64,000 bases of DNA from Thermodesulfobacteriota bacterium (GTDB taxonomy: Bacteria; Desulfobacterota_D; UBA1144; Nemesobacterales; UBA2774): contig OY729416.1 in assembly GCA_963422265.1 (NCBI GenBank), forward strand, positions 1,472,001 through 1,536,000, in the 5' to 3' direction. Below, in pieces: positions 18,459 through 28,735 of this stretch (positions are counted from its first letter, which is position 1; every line of letters begins with the position of its first letter). A model generated the notes under the pieces. It worked only from the letters and a program-made list of their open reading frames with translations. It was not told where the DNA came from and searched no databases. Position numbers and translations under genes: made by a program.

Positions 18459-19547
18459 ATGGTTTCCTCCGATAACCTCCGAGAGCTTAGGGAAAGGATA
18501 GATGAGTTAGATCGCGAGATACTGCGGCTATTGAACGAGCGTGCGAGCGTTGCCCTTGGCATCAGAGAGCATAAGCGGGAAAGCCGAGTCTCGGTTTATG
18601 ACCCAGCTAGGGAGAAAGAGGTTGAGAGGGTGTTGGTGGAATTAAATTCGGGACCCTTGCCCGACGATTCTGTTTTGAGCGTTTACAGAGAAATAATTTC
18701 GGCGTGCAGGGCGCTTCAGAGTCCTCTCAGGGTGGCTTATCTTGGTCCTGAGGGGAGCTTTTCTCATCAGGCGGCGTTCAGTGAGTTTGGAAGCTCCTCT
18801 GCGCTTATTCCGTTTCGGGGTTTCGAAGAGGTGTTTGAAGAGGTTGAAAATGCAAGAGCCTCGTTCGGAGTAGTTCCCGTGGAGAACTCGATTGAGGGAT
18901 CCGTGGCGGTCGTGCTTGATTTATTATCGCGTTCCAGTCTTAAGGTGTCCGCCGAGATATTTCTTAAGATAAATCATTTCTTTTTGTGCAAGACTGGAGC
19001 GCTAAGTGACGTTAAGGTGGTCGCCTCTCATCCGCAGGCGATTGCTCAGTGCAGGAGATGGCTGGATAGGAATCTTGGCAGTTCTCGGATTCGTGAGACT
19101 GCCAGCACCGCTGAGGCTGCTAAGCTAGCGTCCAAAGAGAAGGAGATAGCCGCTGTCGCAGGCAGGCATACGGCTTCAATTTATGAGTTAAAGATTGTGG
19201 GAAGTAATATAGAAGACAACAATTGGAACACGACCAGGTTTTTCGTGATTGGCAATGAAGCCGTCCGTCCTACGGGAGAGGACAGGACGTCGATCGTATT
19301 TTCGTTAAAAGACAAGCCAGGGGCGCTCCAGAAGGCGTTTTTCCAGCCCTTTGCGGAGGCAAGGGTGGATCTTACCAAAATAGAGTCGAGACCGTCTAAG
19401 GAAAGACCTTGGGAGTATCTATTTTTTGCCGACTTTAGAGGACACAAAGAGGACGCAACAATTAAACCTCTGCTGTCAAAGCTGAGCAAGAACTGTATTT
19501 ACTTAAAAGTGTTAGGCTCTTATCCAGTGGGGGAGTCTAGGCGTTAA
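18459..19547 (+). CDS. pheA: Chorismate mutase/prephenate dehydratase
   Basis: 'LRERIDELDREIL', 'VAYLGPEGSFS', 'NTTRF', 'LTKIESRP'. Confidence 0.97.
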   Translation: MVSSDNLRELRERIDELDREILRLLNERASVALGIREHKRESRVSVYDPAREKEVERVLVELNSGPLPDDSVLSVYREIISACRALQSPLRVAYLGPEGSFSHQAAFSEFGSSSALIPFRGFEEVFEEVENARASFGVVPVENSIEGSVAVVLDLLSRSSLKVSAEIFLKINHFFLCKTGALSDVKVVASHPQAIAQCRRWLDRNLGSSRIRETASTAEAAKLASKEKEIAAVAGRHTASIYELKIVGSNIEDNNWNTTRFFVIGNEAVRPTGEDRTSIVFSLKDKPGALQKAFFQPFAEARVDLTKIESRPSKERPWEYLFFADFRGHKEDATIKPLLSKLSKNCIYLKVLGSYPVGESRR

Positions 19548-19581
19548 GTTGTTCGCGTAGGGAATGGGTGGAGGTCAATTC

Positions 19582-20775
19582 ATGGCTGATAAACTAACAA
19601 TTAACCCTCAACGCATTAAATGTATGATGGAAATCTTCGGGCTTTCTGAAGGGGATTTGTTAGAACTAGTGAGCACCGGATTAAAGAATAAAATTAGAAA
19701 AGAAGCAGTTTTCACGCCGCATATTAAAAAGAGTCATCTTAAAAAAATTGATGAGGTATTTTCCAAGGGCCTTTCTTTTTATACGGATCCCGAAGAACTA
19801 AGAAAGGAAAGATTATCCAGCGTATTCTTTAGAAAAGATAATTTCAACTCAGATATTGCGTTAGGTGATAGGCAAATTGTCCATAAAATGGAAACAAGGA
19901 TTCATTCCTTATCTGCTCTGTCGAAACTCTCGGGTTATGAAATTGGAAGGAAGCTAAACATATTCTCAGTTACTGATAGTCCGGAAGAAGTTGCTAGTCA
20001 AGTTAGAGAAAACTTACATCCGGATAAACAAATAAATAGAGATAGGGATTTTTTAAGAGCATTAATAGATAAGCTTGCTGAGTATAATATCTTAGTTTTA
20101 GAGTTTGTCGAAAGCTGGAATAGAAAAAACAAATCCAATATAAACGGTTTTTTTATTACTCCTAACAATATTGTTATCAAAAGACAGCAAAACTCTCTCA
20201 AGAGAGAGATATTTACACTAGCGCATGAACTGGGGCATTATCTCTTAAACGATGAGCAGTTAGATAATATACAATTTAACCAACCCCAAGAGAGTAAAAA
20301 CATAGAAAACTGGTGTGATAGCTTCGCCTTTGCCTTTCTAGTTGGATATAGGGAGATAAAAGGCTTAAAATCAATATCTTCTGATGTTAAATATAATGAT
20401 GCGCAAATAGAAGCTATCTCCAAGCAACACCATATCAGTCGTTTGGCCTTGTTTGTCCACTTAGCAATAAATAAACGAATAGCTTGGGAGGGATATAATA
20501 AGCTCAAATCTGATCTTGAAAAGGAATACGACGCCAAGAAGCAAAGGGAAAAAGAAGCGGAGAAACAATTGAATAAAGAACATGGGAAAACAGTAGGATA
20601 CGGTAGTTCTAAACCTATTCCGTCTCCATTGGAAAAGGATATTTATACAACGGCTTATTGTGAAGGGGTTATTGATGAATATGAAGCCTTATCTTACTTC
20701 AACAAAAATATCCCTTCGACAGGCTCAGGACATCCCTCAAAGCAGAAAAGCTTAGACGATTTCCTCTATGAATAA
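19582..20775 (+). CDS. ImmA/IrrE (DUF955) metallopeptidase with degenerate N-terminal HTH
   Basis: 'IFTLAHELGHYLL' HExxH, 'IENWCDSFAFAFL'; AT-rich. Confidence 0.85.
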   Translation: MADKLTINPQRIKCMMEIFGLSEGDLLELVSTGLKNKIRKEAVFTPHIKKSHLKKIDEVFSKGLSFYTDPEELRKERLSSVFFRKDNFNSDIALGDRQIVHKMETRIHSLSALSKLSGYEIGRKLNIFSVTDSPEEVASQVRENLHPDKQINRDRDFLRALIDKLAEYNILVLEFVESWNRKNKSNINGFFITPNNIVIKRQQNSLKREIFTLAHELGHYLLNDEQLDNIQFNQPQESKNIENWCDSFAFAFLVGYREIKGLKSISSDVKYNDAQIEAISKQHHISRLALFVHLAINKRIAWEGYNKLKSDLEKEYDAKKQREKEAEKQLNKEHGKTVGYGSSKPIPSPLEKDIYTTAYCEGVIDEYEALSYFNKNIPSTGSGHPSKQKSLDDFLYE

Positions 20776-20803
20776 ATATAAGGCAGTAGAAAAAAGGACT
20801 TGA
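20768..20803 (+). pseudogene. Truncated start of a coupled downstream gene (possibly DUF4411/PIN)
   Basis: MNKYKAVEKRT* overlapping the ImmA stop; family inferred from the usual ImmA-DUF4411 pairing only. Confidence 0.3.
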
Positions 20804-20854
20804 AATTTTATGGTTTCTCGCCACCGGCTTTAGTGGGTAAGGGTGATGGATAAA

Positions 20855-22270
20855 CTATCGTTTTCTTATATAGATTAATTTGTGCTCAGAAGACTGTTCG
20901 TAATTTTGGGCTATTTCTGGATGATTTGTATCAAAAACTGTCCACCTTTTATGTTTGATAATAACTTTAGGCTGGAGTTCCTTAATTATCAGAATTGGAT
21001 CATAATCGTAGTTGCGAAAGCTTTGGTAGGCTTCTAAACATCTCTTCGGTCTTGTGCAAAACCAGAAGAAGTCTGCATCTTTTCTAAAAAGACTGTTTCG
21101 GCTGTCTTCATAAATAGTGTCTTGAGTATCAGAGACGGAGAGGACGTATTGTATCCTCGATATGTTGTCCCTTCTTTTATCTACCTGCTTTGCTAAACCT
21201 TTTCCGTAATAACAAGCGGAGAGCAGAACGAAAATAGTAAGGCAGATCGTTATTCTTGAATTTTTGAAAAGGCTGCGCAGAGCAGCGGAGGCAACCATAA
21301 CAACAAAAGGAGCACTTGGCAGAAACCATTGGGTATAGGGCAATTTGGCAAAGAAAATTGAGACAATAAGCCCAGCTCCCATGAACGCTGCCAGTTTATG
21401 GAGTTTTCCATGTTTGAGAAAGCAGCCCCGGATGAATAGAGCAATGAGCCCAACCGCAATTATTGTCATGAAAACCTTCCTGGACCACCGGGTGAGGGGA
21501 AAATGATTCAGCGGAGAGAAACTTTCCATTATTTTCATATTAACCAGCCAGTTAAAGTCAAAATAGTTGCCCAGTCCACCTGTAATATATAGGAAACTCA
21601 GGTAAGCAGTGGGTAAAATCAGAAAGACTGCCCAGTAGAGAACAAAATCTCCCTTTTTAATTTCCTTGGTAAGCAACAAATACAGTTGGATAATCCCTAG
21701 TAGAAAAACAAAAAAGATCGCTTTTTGAAGGGAAAGAAAAGCAAGAGAAAGCATCAACGCGCTCAAAATAAGACACTTTTTTGTTCTATTTTTCAGATAA
21801 ACTGTTAGTAGATAAAACGAAGTGAGACCAAATAAGGACTGAAGAATATCAGGTCTAATTTCCATTCCTTTTCGAATGTAATAAGGGAACGTGAGAAGTA
21901 GGACTATTGATATTAAAGAGGTCTTTCTATCGTAAACCTTCTTGGTGAGCAAAAATGCTACGACTATAGTTATAGTAAAGATTACAAAGGCAAAGGCTTC
22001 GGCTAAGTAGAGCGAGGAAAGCGTCTCTCCACCAATTTTTACAATAGGAACGAGCAGATAGTAAAACAGCGGGTGGTGATGCTGAAAGAAATCTTTATAT
22101 ATAGCACCCCCATCAAGTATTTTCCAAGCCGTTTGAACACCCTCAATCTCATCTGCATCATGTTTCCAAAAAAAACCACAACAAGCTGCGATAAAACATG
22201 AAAACCCAATTAAAAAGTGATAATATGATAATGATCTAAACGCTTTTTGGCACCATTCTTCCACCTTCAT
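20855..22270 (-). CDS. ArnT/PMT-like (GT-C) membrane glycosyltransferase
   Basis: 'HDADEIE', 'YKDFFQHHHPLFY', 'EIRPD', many TM helices. Confidence 0.75.
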   Translation of the reverse strand: MKVEEWCQKAFRSLSYYHFLIGFSCFIAACCGFFWKHDADEIEGVQTAWKILDGGAIYKDFFQHHHPLFYYLLVPIVKIGGETLSSLYLAEAFAFVIFTITIVVAFLLTKKVYDRKTSLISIVLLLTFPYYIRKGMEIRPDILQSLFGLTSFYLLTVYLKNRTKKCLILSALMLSLAFLSLQKAIFFVFLLGIIQLYLLLTKEIKKGDFVLYWAVFLILPTAYLSFLYITGGLGNYFDFNWLVNMKIMESFSPLNHFPLTRWSRKVFMTIIAVGLIALFIRGCFLKHGKLHKLAAFMGAGLIVSIFFAKLPYTQWFLPSAPFVVMVASAALRSLFKNSRITICLTIFVLLSACYYGKGLAKQVDKRRDNISRIQYVLSVSDTQDTIYEDSRNSLFRKDADFFWFCTRPKRCLEAYQSFRNYDYDPILIIKELQPKVIIKHKRWTVFDTNHPEIAQNYEQSSEHKLIYIRKR

Positions 22271-23714
22271 CTGGACTAGCTTGCTCTTCGATATACTCAG
22301 CATCTTGATTTACCTTCCAAGTGTCATATATTTCTTTCCCAGTGATAATATTCTCAACTGTGAGCATCGCCGTCATCATCGCGTGATCTTGATTGTTGTA
22401 TTTGTGCATTCCGTTCCTCCCAACTAGATAGAGACCGGGATAGTTCTCTGAAATCGAGCGGCGGACAATATCAACGTTTTGGGCGTATTTGTCATCATAT
22501 ACCGGGTAAGCCTTTTTTTGTCTGACTACAAACCCATCCATTAAATCCCCCGGCCGGGCAAGTCCGAGTCTAATCAGTTCGTCCATTGCAAGTTTTGTTA
22601 AATCCTCATCCTTGCTTGTCCAGATGCCATCTCCTTCAAAGCAGAAATACTCCATGCCATAACAGTTTACGCTGGTTTCGGGTACCATTTCAGGGGACCA
22701 AGACTTAAAATTCTGTATCCTGCCAACTTTCACCGTCGGATCGTGAATATATATCCAATTATCATCAAAAATCTTCCTGTCCTTAGTTATGAGACCAACT
22801 ATTAGAAAATCCCTGTAACTCAATGAAGTCGCTGCTTCAACAACGTCCTTAGATGGTTTGGGTTTAATAGAGTTGATAAGCTCTCTAATTGGGGCGGATG
22901 ATATTATAAAATCGGCTTCGTGGTGAGTCTCAGCACCGTCGGCGGCGGAGCGAGAAATAATGCTCCACCTACCCTCAGGTTTGTAGTGCAGACGAACAAC
23001 TCTTTGTCCCATCTTTATTTCTCCGCCCTGTTCTCTAATTTTGCGTCCCGCTGTTTCCCACATCATTCCAGGACCCTTGCGCGGATAGTGAAAAAAATCA
23101 ATCAACGTTTTCACCACTTCTTTGTCAGAAGTGCTACTACGGAAAAGAGCATTCTTCAGCGCAGACCACAACGACAGTCCTTTTATGCGTTGAGCCGCCC
23201 AATCAGCCGAGATTTCCGTGCATTTCATGCCCCAAACCTTCTCCGTGTATGACTTGAAGAAGATTGAAAACAGCCTGTGTCCAAACCTATTTCTCACCCA
23301 CTCCTCAAAGTTTTTGGGATTCTTCACGGGACACGCCGATGCTTTTAGGTATGAAAGGATGCAAAGGCTGGATTCAACAATACCAAGATTTCGAATAGCA
23401 TTCCCAGCTTTCAGTGGATAATCAAAGAATTTCTTCTTGTAGTAGATACGTGATTTTCTTGGTCTTTTAATAAAACCCTCTTCAAGGATTTCATTCCACA
23501 GATTTACGACCTCCTCGGATTTTGAGAAGAAGCGGTGTCCCCCTATGTCGCAAAGAAATCCCTTGTGCGAGACGGTTTTCGATATACCCCCCAAATACTG
23601 TGGATCAGCCTCGAGAACAGTTACGGCAATCCCTTTCTTCGAGAGTAAGTAGGCACCGGTGAGTCCAGCGGGACCCCCACCTATACATAAAACTCGCTTA
23701 TTCGGTAGTGGCAT
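22236..23714 (-). CDS. FAD-dependent oxidoreductase (HemY/UDP-galactopyranose mutase-like superfamily)
   Basis: 'IGGGPAGL', 'DIGGHRFFSK', 'AYPVYD', 'GRNGMHKYNNQDH'. Confidence 0.85.
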   Translation of the reverse strand: MPLPNKRVLCIGGGPAGLTGAYLLSKKGIAVTVLEADPQYLGGISKTVSHKGFLCDIGGHRFFSKSEEVVNLWNEILEEGFIKRPRKSRIYYKKKFFDYPLKAGNAIRNLGIVESSLCILSYLKASACPVKNPKNFEEWVRNRFGHRLFSIFFKSYTEKVWGMKCTEISADWAAQRIKGLSLWSALKNALFRSSTSDKEVVKTLIDFFHYPRKGPGMMWETAGRKIREQGGEIKMGQRVVRLHYKPEGRWSIISRSAADGAETHHEADFIISSAPIRELINSIKPKPSKDVVEAATSLSYRDFLIVGLITKDRKIFDDNWIYIHDPTVKVGRIQNFKSWSPEMVPETSVNCYGMEYFCFEGDGIWTSKDEDLTKLAMDELIRLGLARPGDLMDGFVVRQKKAYPVYDDKYAQNVDIVRRSISENYPGLYLVGRNGMHKYNNQDHAMMTAMLTVENIITGKEIYDTWKVNQDAEYIEEQASPDEGGRMVPKSV

Positions 23715-23721
23715 GTTATTC

Positions 23722-24762
23722 TTACGAAAACATTTTCAGCAACCAGATAATACCCATCTTAGCGCTTCTCCTGTGGGCTGACACGTCTTCCCGGTTTATA
23801 GATTCAGCATTGTCAGTATAAAATTCATAAGCTCTGTAAAGCATCTTTTGATTAGTCATTGTTGGCGACCACCCCAGAGCCTTTTTTATTTTTGACGTAT
23901 CGAAAATGAAATCTTCGCTAATCATTTTATACTGATAGGGTCCAAGTGGAGAAAGTCCTAAAAGATAAAGTAGCTTCATCATAAAAATTGTCGGAGTTTT
24001 CGGAAGGCTGGCAATGCGCGACTTTGTTCCGGCTTGGAGAATTAAATGCCCATAAACCTCACGAAGTGAAGGGACGTTATCTGAACCCACGTTGAACACA
24101 TCGGATTTTTTATAATTAATACCTTTCATGCATGCGTCAACTAGGTCACCCGCAAACACGAATTGATAGCGGTTGCCGCCGTCACCGACAACCCATACCT
24201 TGCGCCCTTCTCGCACGAATTCAAACAGTATTCCAAGCAGTCCTATCCTTCCTGCGTCAATTATAGTTGGACACCTCAAAATAACGGAGGCAAAACTTTC
24301 CGAGAAGGACTGGAGAATTTTCTCTCCTTCCCACTTTGATTTTCCATATATCTCAACCGGTTCAGGGAAGTCATCTTCAGTAACCGGTCTGCCAAAGTTC
24401 TTTGCCCACAGACAATTTGAAGACGTATAGACGACGTTTGTAACACCATGTTTATGACACATTCTAGCAACATTCGCCGTTCCATGCACGTTTGATTGCC
24501 AAAGGGCAGTTTTATCCTTGATTTCGTGAGCAAGCATTGCTGCGCAATGAAAAACCCCATCTATCTTCCTTGAACTGAAAATATTATTCAGAGTATCTAT
24601 CTCTCTTATATCACCCTGAACTGACGTGAGGAATTTGTGTGAATCTTCATCCCGCTCAAGGTCAATAGATATGCAAGAAAAACCCTTGTCTAGGAGAGAT
24701 CGTTTTAGAATTCCCCCAAAGAATCCTGCTCCTCCAGTGATTAAAAATGTCCTATTAGTCAA
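23722..24762 (-). CDS. NAD-dependent epimerase/dehydratase (extended SDR)
   Basis: 'ITGGAGFFG', 'YGKSK' catalytic YxxxK. Confidence 0.9.
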   Translation of the reverse strand: MTNRTFLITGGAGFFGGILKRSLLDKGFSCISIDLERDEDSHKFLTSVQGDIREIDTLNNIFSSRKIDGVFHCAAMLAHEIKDKTALWQSNVHGTANVARMCHKHGVTNVVYTSSNCLWAKNFGRPVTEDDFPEPVEIYGKSKWEGEKILQSFSESFASVILRCPTIIDAGRIGLLGILFEFVREGRKVWVVGDGGNRYQFVFAGDLVDACMKGINYKKSDVFNVGSDNVPSLREVYGHLILQAGTKSRIASLPKTPTIFMMKLLYLLGLSPLGPYQYKMISEDFIFDTSKIKKALGWSPTMTNQKMLYRAYEFYTDNAESINREDVSAHRRSAKMGIIWLLKMFS

Positions 24763-24763
24763 A

Positions 24764-25231
24764 CTAATAATCCTTGAACGCGTAGTATTTTGTCAGAATA
24801 AAATTTAGCAGGAAACCTGTGCATATGGCAACACATCTTGCGAGGAAAAGTCCTTCAAACGGAGGGAAATTTGAGAAATGTATCTGACTGAATTTAAGAA
24901 CGTCAACCAGCAGAAACATCACGAGCAAATTTACACCAAGAGCAATAACGCTGGACAGGTATTTTCGCCTTAATGCCACAGTCCACGAGTGCTCATGCAG
25001 ACGAAATATAAATTGAAGGCATATAAAGAAGTTTATAGCAGTTCCTACAAGGAACGATACCGACGCTGAAATCATGTGGTGAAGTTTCAGATGTTCCGCT
25101 AGAAAACTGAAGACTGCTAGATCGAAGGCGGCTGCTATTACGCCAACTATCGCATATTGGAAGAGTTGTCGGAACCATACCCTTTCGGGTACTGTTCTAG
25201 TTGAATCGGTGAAACCTTTTATATTGTGCAA
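24764..25231 (-). CDS. GtrA-family flippase
   Basis: 'LFQYAIVGVIAAAFD', 4 TM helices, 'NFILTKYYAF'. Confidence 0.85.
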   Translation of the reverse strand: MHNIKGFTDSTRTVPERVWFRQLFQYAIVGVIAAAFDLAVFSFLAEHLKLHHMISASVSFLVGTAINFFICLQFIFRLHEHSWTVALRRKYLSSVIALGVNLLVMFLLVDVLKFSQIHFSNFPPFEGLFLARCVAICTGFLLNFILTKYYAFKDY

Positions 25232-25289
25232 GACGAAGATTTTAGCTGACTATATCAATCATACAAGGATTGTTCAAGAACTTAAATTT

Positions 25290-26432
25290 CTAAGGGAGAC
25301 CTAGCAGTTTCTTAGCTCTTTCTTCCCAAGTGTAACCTCTAACGTCGGATTGGGCTCTTTCAGATATTGCGCAAGCTAGGGCAGGGTTGTCAAGCACTTC
25401 CCGCAAACCTTCGCATAATGACTCTGCGCTGTCAGGATTGACGAGGACTGCATTCTCCTTATGCCTTAGTATTTCGTGCACAGTAGGGAGCGAGGTAGCC
25501 ACTATAGGGCGTCCCGCCGCCATGTATTCAAACAGCTTTATCGGAGATGTAAATTCAGCGGCTTTTGTCCCACCCTTTATAGTCATACTGGATGTATAAG
25601 GCATTACAAGAATGTCAGAGGCTAGCAGGTAAGTTGGCACAGATTCGTGGGGCACGAAACCTACAAGCTGGATGTTGTCAGCTCGCTTTTTCTGGGCAAT
25701 ATCCCTATATACTTTTACGTCCTCTTCAAGACCGCCAACAATGAGGAAAGTAACTTCCTCTAGCCTTAAGGATGCATCAATAAGGAGTTCAATCCCCCTG
25801 CCTTCGTATATATTCCCAGAGTAACAAACGATTTTCCCATTCAAAGGGAGTCCTAGCTTCTTTCTAGCCTGTTCTTTTGAAGGGGCTTTCTCAAATCCCT
25901 TTAGGTCAACACCATTATGAGCAACTGTTAGCTTGCTAGTGGGAAGCCCATGTCTAAGATAAATATCGGCGAGACCCGCTGAATTGGTGGAAAATCTTAC
26001 TAGGTGCGGGGAGTTCTTGAATGAGTTGAAGAGACGAGAAGCACCTTTGACAAGGGGATGATGAGCGTCATAGACGGTCGGAATCTTAAAGAGCTTAGTA
26101 GCGCAATAGGCGAATACTATATTTCTAGTAACTACAATGTCATACTCTCTCCTCTTAGTTTTTATGAACAGAGACGCGGCAGTTCCATGCGTTACGTTTC
26201 TTAGGAGCGTGTTCGTAAAGTAGGGGAATGAGGTGATTTTGAAGTTAGGCTCAACCCCATAGTATCTGCAAATTTCACCGATTGGTTTATTTGCAGGTAT
26301 AAGGAGCTCCGTATCAACGCCCAACCTTGCCATCGCCTGACACATCTTCATTACGTGTATAGAGCTAGCCCCTCTGGAAAAAAGCTCCGGGCTTGCAACG
26401 TAGATAACTCTTGGCAGTTTGTTACTCGTCAT
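25290..26432 (-). CDS. GT4 glycosyltransferase
   Basis: 'SPIKLFEYMAAGRPIV', 'HNGVD'. Confidence 0.92.
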   Translation of the reverse strand: MTSNKLPRVIYVASPELFSRGASSIHVMKMCQAMARLGVDTELLIPANKPIGEICRYYGVEPNFKITSFPYFTNTLLRNVTHGTAASLFIKTKRREYDIVVTRNIVFAYCATKLFKIPTVYDAHHPLVKGASRLFNSFKNSPHLVRFSTNSAGLADIYLRHGLPTSKLTVAHNGVDLKGFEKAPSKEQARKKLGLPLNGKIVCYSGNIYEGRGIELLIDASLRLEEVTFLIVGGLEEDVKVYRDIAQKKRADNIQLVGFVPHESVPTYLLASDILVMPYTSSMTIKGGTKAAEFTSPIKLFEYMAAGRPIVATSLPTVHEILRHKENAVLVNPDSAESLCEGLREVLDNPALACAISERAQSDVRGYTWEERAKKLLGLP

Positions 26433-26560
26433 CTTGGGGAGCGTTACTCCTTAGAATAATTAGTGGAATATCCCGCAACTAGCGTAGCATGTAAGTAAGT
26501 AAGGGGCTAATAGTGAATAATGATGCAAAGTTATCGGGCGATCCTTGCTAACGGAAGTTA

Positions 26561-26576
26561 CCCTTCGGCAGGCTCA
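26561..26576 (+). repeat. CCCTTCGACAGGCTCAGG-type mini element (intergenic copy)
   Basis: cccttcggcaggctca, 15/16 identical to the copy inside the ImmA gene at 20712. Confidence 0.65.
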
Positions 26577-26805
26577 AAGTAGTATTACTCTGGTGTAAAG
26601 AATAAAGCTTGATAAGTGTCTCACTTATGATACACATAGAGTACTTAAATTCATGTCCTCTACAAATCCGAGAATAAATGAGATTTTGATTCTCTCAATT
26701 CTCCATTGGAAAACTATCTATTGAGATATCTATAGCTTTCTATTTCTCTCTTTATAGCTCTGACGTCTTCAACTGATAAGTCTTCTTTGAATAGGTTGTG
26801 CGAAT

Positions 26806-27346
26806 TTAAGCGTCTTCACATAACTTATCTATATCAAGGGTGGGAGCTTTCCTTGCGTACTTACCTGCGGCTTCCTCTAACTTTTTTAACTCTTCGTGCG
26901 CGGTGAAACCCAGGTCTATAGATGCAAGCGTATCCTCTAGTTCTTCAACAACGTCCTTCATCTTTGTAATTAAGCGGGGGGGGACATTTATCATAAGCGG
27001 TTCTAATTTCTTCATTCCTATCTAACAAATTTAACATTTCCATAGTAGCGTCATGTATATTTCTCAGTGTTTCAGTGTTCTGCTGGACAAGAGACTCAAG
27101 ATCATTCTTCTCGTAATCATCCGGCGTAAAAGTATTGAGCATAGCCCTGAACCACAGGATGTTGGACTCTAAACCTAAAATTGCTCCCTCTATCACCTTG
27201 ATTTTTAAGGTTATGGAATGTTTGTTTCTTCTTTGTATAATAAGTTCCCTAAATCTTTGGATAGCCTCCTGCAGTCCATACGCGAAGTCTGATTGGAAGC
27301 CAATAAGACACTCGAGATTTCCCTCTACCTTTGCTAATGAATTCAT
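26806..27346 (-). pseudogene. Hypothetical helical protein, probably one gene split by a frameshift
   Basis: ORFs 26945-27346 and 26806-27015 overlap by 71 nt in different frames; no recognised family. Confidence 0.35.
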
Positions 27347-27530
27347 AAAATATCTCTCTAACTACAGAATCTACCTGAAGTTTGACATTAATTGGATCTG
27401 GCGGTCAAGAGACAGGAAGTACCTCTCCAAACAGATTTGGAAACGGGGGGTGGTTTGTCTTCGTATTTTAGGCTTTTAAGTGGCAAATGAGATGTTGTTA
27501 AAGTTGGTTTAATCTGGGTTTAAGCAGCGC

Positions 27531-27752
27531 TTAGCGTGTCCTTAATTGGAATAATCGTTTCCCTTTATGATTGCTTGTTTCAACGTCAATGCTCGTAATA
27601 TCAAACCCCTTACTTTCCATGTGAGCTGCCTGATACCCTGCCCCCCCACCGATTTCCAGTATTGCGTTGCTCTGCATCAGGGATATATAATCACATATTC
27701 TTTCTGCTTCCTCTTCTCTGACGTATTTCGTGAATTCGGGCTTGGCTCTCAT
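27531..27752 (-). pseudogene. Truncated class I SAM methyltransferase
   Basis: 'ILEIGGGAGYQA...ITSID' motif I/II then ends at 73 aa. Confidence 0.65.
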
Positions 27753-27915
27753 TATTTTTCAGTCGGCAGTTTCAGCAGATCCCCTAGCTTTCTGTCCCAG
27801 TAATCTGGTGAAAACCGTTCCATTCCACTCCCCGGATAGAAGGTTACTTCACCAAAGACTGTTTTTCCATCAACACCATACATATCAACGCGTGCGAATG
27901 TAGTATCGCTGTCGG
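27752..27915 (-). pseudogene. C-terminal remnant of a TupA-like ATP-grasp protein
   Basis: Manual translation FARVDMYGVDGKTVFGEVTFYPGSGMERFSPDYWDRKLGDLLKLP*; no start codon; TAATG overlap with the next gene. Confidence 0.7.
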
Positions 27916-27925
27916 GTAATTTTTC

Positions 27926-28735
27926 TCATGTAGCATCAAAATGGCTCGTTAAACGACCATACATTCTCCGAAGGGATCTCTTCAGTGCTCTGCCGAATAC
28001 TTTTCTTAATACGCCCCTCCACAAAAGAGTTTTCATTGTAGGCTGTGCATATTGTCTGTAGTAAGATGGGTGCACAACTGAAAGCGTCAATCTTTCTCTC
28101 GGAATGTATTGAGCATTGACCTTAGGGATTTTGCCTTTATGAGTATAAAGAACTATGTTTTGTCTATAATGATCAATGATTTTATCATCATTCCATATCT
28201 TATCCCTTATAAAAGAAAATGGAACATAGTCTCTTTTTTCAAACAGGTCAGCCCAGTAATCCTGCCACTGCTCATTTAAATGATTTGTTCCCCCCTGAAA
28301 AGGTATCGCCGCTGAAAAAAGGACAAAATCCCCAGCCCGTTCAGTGGGGAGATGTTCTGCAACTTCAAGACTGATAGCAAGATCAAACTTTTCATGCAAC
28401 ATAGGAAATGTTTTTGAGAGATCAGCTTCAACAAACTCTTCTTTGGAAATTTTGAGAAGGTCACTGTAAACCCACTCTCCATCAATCCCTTTAACCCTTT
28501 CCAATTCTACCTGCTCCTTCAAAACAGCAAGCCAAAGCCCTGTTCCACACCCGACATCAACGGCAGATTTAATTGGCGACAAAGATTCCGTCACAATTTC
28601 AAGTATCCTCTCTGCCGAATACGAAAAACGCTCTCCGTCACGTTTCTTGTAGAAATAACTGTCGTATTTGTCTGTATTTAGGATTCTGCTCAATTTCTTA
28701 TTAACTGCTCCACTTTTTCCGCGGCAAGAGACCAT
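27926..28735 (-). CDS. Class I SAM-dependent methyltransferase (glycan-associated), start uncertain
   Basis: 'VDVGCGTG', 'FDLAISLEVAEHL', 'FSAAIPFQGGTNHLNEQW'. Confidence 0.85.
   Translation of the reverse strand: MVSCRGKSGAVNKKLSRILNTDKYDSYFYKKRDGERFSYSAERILEIVTESLSPIKSAVDVGCGTGLWLAVLKEQVELERVKGIDGEWVYSDLLKISKEEFVEADLSKTFPMLHEKFDLAISLEVAEHLPTERAGDFVLFSAAIPFQGGTNHLNEQWQDYWADLFEKRDYVPFSFIRDKIWNDDKIIDHYRQNIVLYTHKGKIPKVNAQYIPRERLTLSVVHPSYYRQYAQPTMKTLLWRGVLRKVFGRALKRSLRRMYGRLTSHFDAT

Noticed and set aside
22168-22175. A8 tract in the GT-C gene as a phase-variation switch
   Set aside because: Frame is intact and such runs are expected in AT-rich DNA.
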